Positions 17,509 through 23,745 of a stretch of DNA of 23,745 bases are shown piece after piece. How positions within the stretch are numbered: the first letter of the stretch is position 1; each line of letters begins with the position of its first letter. Location: the NCBI GenBank assembly GCA_964645485.1, contig CAZXZO010000026.1, positions 1 to 23,745 on the forward strand. Direction: 5' to 3'. Under the pieces are notes generated by a model, which was given only the letters and a program-made list of their open reading frames with translations, was not told where the DNA came from and ran no database searches. The translations under genes and the position numbers were made by a program. The stretch comes from an uncultured Candidatus Poseidoniales archaeon. Lineage in GTDB: Archaea; Thermoplasmatota; Poseidoniia; Poseidoniales; Thalassarchaeaceae.

Positions 17509-17901
17509 TCAGCGCACATTAACCTTTAGTGCGTAATTTCCTGCCCTCTCAATGTTTAGAATTGATGAAATTTCTGAACGTTCTGGGTTGAGTACTACCA
17601 CGTACCCCTGCCAATCAGAACTTAGATGTGCACCCGGGCAGAACGGACATTCCGGGTTGGTTGGTTTAACTCGCTCCATGTCATCCTTCAATTCTTTAGC
17701 CAATGCCTTGTGTTGGTCATCAGAAGGTTGCAAACCATTCTTGTTAATGTATACTAATTGAACTAAAGCCTTCTTGGTTTTTGCCGATACATCATTGTCC
17801 GACTTAAGGCACCATCCAAGATTGCCAGTGGCAACTTCGACAATTCTGTGACACTCGGAACAAGCAAGTTCGACCTTCTTTGACACCTTATTCACCGCCA
17901 T
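17509..17901 (-). CDS. spt4: Transcription elongation factor Spt4 (RpoE'') with large internal insertion
   Basis: ACSECHRIV ... CPFCPG ... LSSDWQGYVVVLNPERSEIS ... GNYALKV, in the canonical position directly after rpoE1. Start is ATG 17901 or GTG 17886 (GGTGA RBS). Confidence 0.9.
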   Translation of the reverse strand: MAVNKVSKKVELACSECHRIVEVATGNLGWCLKSDNDVSAKTKKALVQLVYINKNGLQPSDDQHKALAKELKDDMERVKPTNPECPFCPGAHLSSDWQGYVVVLNPERSEISSILNIERAGNYALKVNVR

Positions 17902-18439
17902 TTACTAACCATTCGTGAGCACCAAGTCCAGGTTGCTTACAGGTAAGTCCAATCTTTGATGAGCGTGGGTCGTGAGTGTTCAGTGAAAGTGTGACAACCC
18001 TAGAGCGCAGTGGGTCTGCAATAGAGAGTTGAGCGCCAGAACGGCTACCGATGATTTTGCCCTCATTTTGGTTGATTTGGACAGGTTCTTCAAGAATCTG
18101 AGACTTGTGAAGTAAGCCTTCAAGTGGACCAATCTGAACGAACGCTCCAAATTCAAGGACCTCGGAAACTGCACCGTCAACTATCTCGTTGCTGTCAAGA
18201 CGGAAAAGTACAGCCTTGAAACGGACATTCTGGTAAATCGCTCCATCTCCATGGATGATTCTTCCTCGACCAATCATCTCGTGATCATAAGTAACAATGA
18301 CAAAATTGTCATCATCATCAAACTTGCCTTCAAACGCCTGATGCGCTAGTCGGTCAACGTGTTGACTCAATGATTGCCCCTCGCGGATGTATTCCGCGGG
18401 GATTCTGATAGTATCCTCTCTGACTTCAAGTGTGTACAT
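17888..18439 (-). CDS. rpoE1: DNA-directed RNA polymerase subunit E' (Rpo7)
   Basis: MYTLEVREDTIRIP, GRIIHGDGAIY, S1-domain FGAFVQIGPLEGLLHKSQI, KIGLTCKQPGLG. ATG 18439 has GGAGG 8 nt upstream (alternative ATG 18454). Confidence 0.97.
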   Translation of the reverse strand: MYTLEVREDTIRIPAEYIREGQSLSQHVDRLAHQAFEGKFDDDDNFVIVTYDHEMIGRGRIIHGDGAIYQNVRFKAVLFRLDSNEIVDGAVSEVLEFGAFVQIGPLEGLLHKSQILEEPVQINQNEGKIIGSRSGAQLSIADPLRSRVVTLSLNTHDPRSSKIGLTCKQPGLGAHEWLVNGGE

Positions 18440-18446
18440 CTTTTTT

Positions 18447-18560
18447 CCCTCCATTCACCGCTCGCCGAGAGGTGTGCCATGGAACGGAAGGGTTCACAAC
18501 CCTCCCGTCCCTCACAGGCGACGCCTCCAGAAGAGAGGTTTCCAGTGGCTCGCCGACCTG
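18447..18560 (-). ncRNA. Candidate structured cis-regulatory leader RNA (or small ncRNA) upstream of the rpoE1 operon
   Basis: About 65% GC by manual count. 14-bp hairpin at 18481-18511 and a second stem 18551-18560/18515-18523, whose non-Watson-Crick pairs are G.U only on the minus strand. No known RNA family recognised. Confidence 0.5.
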
Positions 18561-18737
18561 CTCCCCCTTTATCAGCAAACCGGTTTCAGTGAATTGACTG
18601 GCAATTCTAATAATAACTAATTCCAGCCTAAAATCAAAATTAATCGCACTGAAATCTATGCTTGAAACCGCTACCAATCATTAACCCGAATCTACGTACC
18701 CGAATATTTTTATGTTCATTTATCTTGATCGAGGAAT

Positions 18738-19691
18738 ATGGGGAGAACAAAAATGTGCCCAACTGACCTTTTTGATAAGAACTTGAATGGTTTTCTAGTT
18801 GTCATTACAGGTGCAAACTCAGGTATAGGATATCAGACATCACGGCAGTTGGCAAAGCAAGGTGCCAAGATAATTATGGCTTGCCGAAATGCCGACTCAG
18901 GCAATAAGGCAGCAGAGCAAATCAGAGCGAAGGATGCAGATGCCGAGGTGGAAGTCAGGGAACTTGACCTTGCCGACCTTGACTCCGTCAAGAAATTCGC
19001 GTCAGCATTCAGTGAAGATTACAACGTACTCAATATTTTAATCAATAATGCAGGTGTCATGAATACCCCTAGAGGTAAAACCAAGGATGGTTTTGAGATG
19101 CAGATTGGTGTCAATCATCTCGGTCATTTTCTTCTCACGGATTTGTTGCTCCCACACCTCAAAAACGCACCTCAATCTAGAATACTAAACCTTTCAAGTG
19201 CCTTCCATGACGTCGCGATGGGAAAGAAGGGCAGGATAGATTTGGATGACCTGCACTTTGAAACAAGAAAATATCATGGTTGGACATCCTATGCACAGTC
19301 AAAATTGGCTAATCTAATGCATGCCAAAAGCCTCTCTCTTCACCTCAAGGAAACGAACGTAACCGCTGTCAGCATTCATCCCGGATGGGTAAGCACCAAT
19401 CTGATGCGCCATACTGCACCAGGCTTTGTCACCAAAGTTCTCATGCGGCCTTTGTTCGCAATGCTCGGTGAGATTAATTCTTGGAAAGGAGCACAATCAA
19501 CATTGTATGCGGCACTGGCTGATGATGTACCGGAAAATAACGGCTCTTACTTTGCACAGTCAATGAGATGGGGTGGCAAAGATCACCGTAATGGCGGTTG
19601 GCCGATGAATTCACCCAATGATGATGCGAATAACAACGAACTCGCCGAAGGCCTCTATCTACTCTCAAGACAACTAGTTGGCCTCACTTGA
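18738..19691 (+). CDS. Short-chain dehydrogenase/reductase (retinol-dehydrogenase/WWOX-like subgroup)
   Basis: TGANSGIG Rossmann motif, LDLADLDSV, LINNAGVM, GVNHLGHFLLT, catalytic YAQSK, IHPGWVSTNL. Confidence 0.95.
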   Translation: MGRTKMCPTDLFDKNLNGFLVVITGANSGIGYQTSRQLAKQGAKIIMACRNADSGNKAAEQIRAKDADAEVEVRELDLADLDSVKKFASAFSEDYNVLNILINNAGVMNTPRGKTKDGFEMQIGVNHLGHFLLTDLLLPHLKNAPQSRILNLSSAFHDVAMGKKGRIDLDDLHFETRKYHGWTSYAQSKLANLMHAKSLSLHLKETNVTAVSIHPGWVSTNLMRHTAPGFVTKVLMRPLFAMLGEINSWKGAQSTLYAALADDVPENNGSYFAQSMRWGGKDHRNGGWPMNSPNDDANNNELAEGLYLLSRQLVGLT

Positions 19692-19710
19692 AATTCATCC
19701 ATCTAAAAAA

Positions 19711-19793
19711 CTGAGGCGAGATTTTATCGTGACCCCCGTAGGGGTCACGTACCTTCACAAACGCGTTTTAGCCTCAGCGGATTTAGTGAAGGT
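19711..19793. other. Intergenic element with three inverted repeats
   Basis: CGTGACCCC-CGTA-GGGGTCACG (19728-19749); CTGAGGC/GCCTCAG (19711-19717/19771-19777); ACCTTCAC/GTGAAGGT (19751-19758/19786-19793). Confidence 0.55.
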
Positions 19794-19823
19794 TGAAGTA
19801 GCGGCCAAAGGGCAAAGCAGTAT

Positions 19824-22800
19824 GTGATTGGGCCTGCCGCGAGGGATTTGAGCGGAAAAACTGCTTTCATCGCGTTATTCATCACTTTCTCAATGCTATT
19901 GCAAATAGTACCACCAACACACCAAAGTCAACCCTTAGATGAACTAACCCCGAAACCATTAGTTGGCAAGAGCACAACTGAATGGACGGATGGGGGAGAA
20001 GCATGGCCTCAACTTGGCAGATATGGTTCTAGAAATGCCTCTGCACCAATCCACAGTGTAAGTGGAGGCCCAGGGAATGGACCTGTATCAGCAGTCTCAC
20101 AATTAGCAACAATAGATGACCCTGTAGTAAATTGGGCTCATTTTTCATCAGGTAGTTATGGCGCCCAAGGATTAGCCACAGTTGTTGGGGATTTCGCAGC
20201 AAACATCGTTGTCACGGGTGACGCCAAAGAGCGTTGTGGAGAAGGACATCTCTTCACTGTGTTAATCTCTGAACGAGAATCGGGGGGCTCTACTCACTCA
20301 TTTTTGAGTATTATTGCGGGAGACACTAGCAGGAAATCTTGGGAGGTTGACCTTGGAGTCACTGATTCAGTAAAGGCTGCTCCAGTTTTATTGGATGTTG
20401 ACGGAGATGAAACTCTCGAAATTCTTGTTGCCTACGATGCACAAGGAACTTTCAACACCGAATTGTGGTCACCAGTCCTGCAATGTGGCGAAGCAGGATG
20501 GAATACAGGTGGAAGCCACTCCTCAGAATTATTGTGGTCATACACAGACCCCGACCTTGGTATTACAGTCCCATCCCCATATGTCCTAGCAAATCATCAG
20601 GTCGGTACTCAAATTCTTCTTGGCGACTTAGATATGGATGGCGATGCTGAGGCAGTCTACTCCTTGGTTGATGAAGGCGATAGCCAAGTCGTTGTATTGG
20701 CGTTACCATTGATGGCTGGAGGCGTGCCAAATCCAATTTGGCAAGTCAGTCTTGATTATGGAGAAATTCCTTCAGACCCAGCGTGGGTGAAAATAGATGA
20801 TACGAATTCAGCAGTATTGTTGACTACAATTGACCCAGATGATGGAAATATCTGGGTGTGGCGACTAGACGGAGGAAATGGTGCACCTAATTGGGGTGGT
20901 GTTTCCCTCAACAATCTTGATGGAAATACAGATTCGCCACACATTCGACTTCCCGGGCCAGTAGTAGCCGAACTTGATGGAACTCCAGGCGCCGAAATGG
21001 TTGTCACCATCCCCACTGATATTGATGGAGGAAGTTCAGGGGATGGCGCTGAATACATCGGAATGGAAGTCAATGATGCCACAGAATTATGGTCATTCAG
21101 AGCAACAAATGGATTTGGTGAAGCACCTCCTGATGTATTTGACACAACTGGAGACGGAATTGATGACCGAGTTTGTTGGGTCACCTGGTATCGTGTTGAC
21201 ACCGACCGCAAGGGTGTGTCAGGATGTCATGATGTTACTGCATCTCTTGGCCCGGCGCTTGAATTCTCACATCTAATGGACCGAAGTTCAGGCAATCCCA
21301 ACGATGAAATTGCTGTCTCGCCACCTTTCCATCTTGATTTGGATGGACAAGGTGCACCTGAAACAGTCGTAAGTTTTGGCCGCACAATATGGGCCTGGGA
21401 TGGAGATAGTGGCACTCAAGCAGGCATAGGTTCAGGATGGGCCGATGAACTTGCTTTACCTCACAGAGCTTGGGCCGCCCCAGCACTGGTCGATTTAGAT
21501 GGTGATGGTGCACTTGACATTTTGATTGGTGATACTTTAATTTCACGAGAAGCCCCCGATATTAGGCCATTTATTGATGGTAGAGGGGTGCAATTCACAC
21601 CGAGTCAACCAGACCCTGGTGAAACTTTCACTGCGACCGCCTACATCGAAAATGTTGGAACTGTAGCAAGCGGAGAAGCAGTTGACGCGGTGTTGTACTA
21701 CGATGGTGTAGTCGTAGAATCAGTTCGGCTTTCAGAAATGGAACCAGTTGCCCCATCCGGAGAAGGAACCTTCTCATCGTTTTCTGTTGATTTGACCGCT
21801 GTACTTGGTTCTCATAACGCAAAAATAGTTGTAGACCCATATGGGAATATCACTCAATCACGATTTGATAATGATGAACAGACAGTTAACCTAACCATAG
21901 TTGAACCATATGATGTTTCAATAGGCTTACCTGTTGACCCACCTAGAGTTGACCCCGGTTCAAATATTGATATTGATATCCCGATTTCATCAACCGGACG
22001 CCTAGCAGGAGTTTGGACAATGTCAATTGATGACTCTAATTTACCCACCAATTGGACTGCACAGGACATCTCTAACGGCGGCTCTACTTCGATTCAAATC
22101 GAGCCAGAACAGCCGTGGACCGCTACGGTTAGAATATCTGCCCCGGCTGAAGCATTAGGCTCAGATAATGGATTTTTAACAATCACCATGACATTAGATG
22201 ATGACACCAACGTAACTGTTTCATCTCTCTTACCTGTTGAAGCAAATAGAACCCGTGGCCTATCAATACGTGGGCCAGCAGGCACGGCTGAGACCACTGG
22301 TTATGGGGTGCCAGGCTCACTAGGGAGTGCTTGGCTACTGGTGGAGAATCTTGGCAATGCAGAGGAAACTGTGAGTAGTAGAACGTGGGACCCGACCTCT
22401 TGGGGAAGTAACCTCACCCTACACGACCAATCGGGAGAACTCACTCTGATCACCCTAGCCCCAGGCCAACAACTCGAACTTCACGCACAATTACTCGTGC
22501 CCGGTTCAACGACTCTCGGGGAAAGTGTAACGACGACCTTGTCAATCTGTATCGGAACTGGTACAGAAGAAGTTTGTCGAGATATTGATATCACATTCGT
22601 TGCAAATGGGGTGGCTGTAAGCCCTGATAATTTCCGCAGTGTTCCAGCAACCGGAATTAGTTGGAATATTGATGGTTTACTTCCACAAAGCGCTAACAAT
22701 CTATCTTGGGATTTGCAATCAAGTGGCATGCTAATTAGCGGCTGGAATTGGCTGGCAAGTGGTGATTGTCAATTAGTTAGCACTCTGCTTTCATGCCACG

Positions 22801-23745
22801 GAAACCCCGGGACATCTTTCAGCGGTTCACTCACGCTGGACCAACCCGTTGATGCCCCACCACAATTCCACCCATTCAGCACGAATGAGTCAAATCATAG
22901 TGGTTACAATCTTGATTTCTCGATGCAAGTATTACAAGTATTCCGGTCCCAAATTACCGTTATCAGCCCATTAGGTGAACCGGTGTTAATGAATGTCTCA
23001 GAACCAACTTGGATTGTGTTAAAATTAGAAAATCCAGGAAATGGACCTGACACATTTGATTTGGTTGGCAGGTTGCTTAGTAACGACAACTTTAGCGAGG
23101 ACCCTGGCATAATATTCTCAATCCCTAATCCAACATTTACAATCAATGCTGCGGGTTTGAGTCAAGTACCAATCCAAATCACACTACCACATGACACTCC
23201 CGCACGTCAAGGAATGTTGATCGAATTTTCGCTACGCTCACGGGGAGATAGTTCAGTTGTTGACACCGCATTAATGGAGATTGAAGCACGACAAGACCAT
23301 CGCTGGAATGTCAGCATTCTAGACAACGATAGAACTGTTGAATCTGGTGGAAGTGTATTCTCAACACCGGGTACCTCAACATCTCTTACACTTTTAGTGG
23401 AGAATATCGGGAACTTTGACGACTCCCTAGATATCTCTTCTAGCCTCACCTTGACAATGGCAGGCAATGACACCAATATTGACTGGGTGATTGGTGATGG
23501 GAATAGTGCCACTTTAGACGTCAATCAAAGTGATACCATTGAGTTGGCTCTAACAATTCCAGAACTATCATGGAATGGCACTATTGCATCAGTTGAATTA
23601 GAATTATCATCTGACGGTCTACTTTTACAAACTTTTGTTGTTGATGTTGAAGTAATTTCGCAACCACTTTGGATTATTCGTGCTACAGGCAGTGACCTAG
23701 ATGTCGCTCCTGGCGGGTCAAACATCACATTGGAATTAGAACAAA
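19824..23745 (+). CDS. Large secreted FG-GAP/VCBS beta-propeller + CARDB + Ig-like (NEW3-like) repeat protein; truncated by the right edge
   Basis: Translated by hand; absent from the ORF track because there is no stop. Frame opens after TGA 19794-19796; start is GTG 19824 or TTG 19848. Signal-like KTAFIALFITFSMLLQIV; repeats LLDVDGDETLEI, LGDLDMDGDAE, AELDGTPGAE, FDTTGDGIDD, LDLDGQGAPE, LVDLDGDGALDI; CARDB-like YIENVG..IVVDPYGNITQSRFDNDE; repeated VENLGN / LENPGNGPDTF / VENIGNFDDSL modules. Confidence 0.92.
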   Translation, partial: MIGPAARDLSGKTAFIALFITFSMLLQIVPPTHQSQPLDELTPKPLVGKSTTEWTDGGEAWPQLGRYGSRNASAPIHSVSGGPGNGPVSAVSQLATIDDPVVNWAHFSSGSYGAQGLATVVGDFAANIVVTGDAKERCGEGHLFTVLISERESGGSTHSFLSIIAGDTSRKSWEVDLGVTDSVKAAPVLLDVDGDETLEILVAYDAQGTFNTELWSPVLQCGEAGWNTGGSHSSELLWSYTDPDLGITVPSPYVLANHQVGTQILLGDLDMDGDAEAVYSLVDEGDSQVVVLALPLMAGGVPNPIWQVSLDYGEIPSDPAWVKIDDTNSAVLLTTIDPDDGNIWVWRLDGGNGAPNWGGVSLNNLDGNTDSPHIRLPGPVVAELDGTPGAEMVVTIPTDIDGGSSGDGAEYIGMEVNDATELWSFRATNGFGEAPPDVFDTTGDGIDDRVCWVTWYRVDTDRKGVSGCHDVTASLGPALEFSHLMDRSSGNPNDEIAVSPPFHLDLDGQGAPETVVSFGRTIWAWDGDSGTQAGIGSGWADELALPHRAWAAPALVDLDGDGALDILIGDTLISREAPDIRPFIDGRGVQFTPSQPDPGETFTATAYIENVGTVASGEAVDAVLYYDGVVVESVRLSEMEPVAPSGEGTFSSFSVDLTAVLGSHNAKIVVDPYGNITQSRFDNDEQTVNLTIVEPYDVSIGLPVDPPRVDPGSNIDIDIPISSTGRLAGVWTMSIDDSNLPTNWTAQDISNGGSTSIQIEPEQPWTATVRISAPAEALGSDNGFLTITMTLDDDTNVTVSSLLPVEANRTRGLSIRGPAGTAETTGYGVPGSLGSAWLLVENLGNAEETVSSRTWDPTSWGSNLTLHDQSGELTLITLAPGQQLELHAQLLVPGSTTLGESVTTTLSICIGTGTEEVCRDIDITFVANGVAVSPDNFRSVPATGISWNIDGLLPQSANNLSWDLQSSGMLISGWNWLASGDCQLVSTLLSCHGNPGTSFSGSLTLDQPVDAPPQFHPFSTNESNHSGYNLDFSMQVLQVFRSQITVISPLGEPVLMNVSEPTWIVLKLENPGNGPDTFDLVGRLLSNDNFSEDPGIIFSIPNPTFTINAAGLSQVPIQITLPHDTPARQGMLIEFSLRSRGDSSVVDTALMEIEARQDHRWNVSILDNDRTVESGGSVFSTPGTSTSLTLLVENIGNFDDSLDISSSLTLTMAGNDTNIDWVIGDGNSATLDVNQSDTIELALTIPELSWNGTIASVELELSSDGLLLQTFVVDVEVISQPLWIIRATGSDLDVAPGGSNITLELEQ

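Noticed and set aside
17650-17850. Intein or intron explaining the Spt4 insertion
   Set aside because: Too short for a mini-intein and lacks a His-Asn/Cys junction. The insert is in frame and stop-free with protein-like composition, and I saw no bulge-helix-bulge motif by eye (not computationally excluded).
18500-18570. 5S rRNA, cobalamin riboswitch, SRP RNA or RNase P RNA
   Set aside because: Only short words match (GCGAGCCACTGGAAAC resembles the 5S 3' half; GCCACTG resembles the cobalamin riboswitch). The other conserved blocks are missing: CCGAAC...AAG, GGGAA...CCCC...ACTGT, the SRP helix 8 motif and GAGGAAAGTCC.
18426-18677. 83-aa minus-strand ORF upstream of rpoE1 (expected position of the PIN-domain gene)
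   Set aside because: No PIN acidic motifs, overlaps the rpoE1 start out of frame, and crosses an AT-rich promoter-like zone.
18738-19691. Role of the SDR in retinal supply for rhodopsin
   Set aside because: The subgroup is functionally broad, and no rhodopsin or carotenoid genes are in the window to support the link.
20395-23728. Numerous short ORFs on both strands in the track
   Set aside because: All overlap the single long plus-strand FG-GAP frame; shadow ORFs. The same applies to short ORFs inside the giant gene, rtcB and alaS.

Overview
Archaeal chromosomal window, most consistent with marine Thermoplasmatota (Poseidoniales / Marine Group II-like). The assignment rests on archaeal-type AlaRS, the rpoE1-spt4-rps24e-rps27ae operon, GGTGA/GGAGG ribosome-binding sites and giant acidic secreted proteins; it is inference, not a database result. 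Left to right: a truncated membrane-anchored S8 peptidase (-, missing from the ORF track), a cysteine desulfurase, a polytopic membrane protein with an 8-Cys tail, and divergent tRNA-Thr(GGT) and tRNA-Ser(GGA). The tRNA-Ser is followed by a structured 155-bp tandem repeat that starts inside its 3' end. Next come a 2160-aa surface protein, a small coiled-coil ORF, rtcB, alaS, a putative beta-propeller, the rpoE1 operon (-), an SDR oxidoreductase and a >1300-aa FG-GAP/CARDB protein that runs off the right edge (also missing from the ORF track). No transposase, integrase, CRISPR array or recognisable defence system was seen. The best leads are three: an Spt4 with a ~59-residue insertion inside its zinc ribbon; a GC-rich, strand-specifically folded RNA element directly upstream of the rpoE1 operon; and the tRNA-anchored repeat, with possibly related palindromic elements in other intergenic regions.
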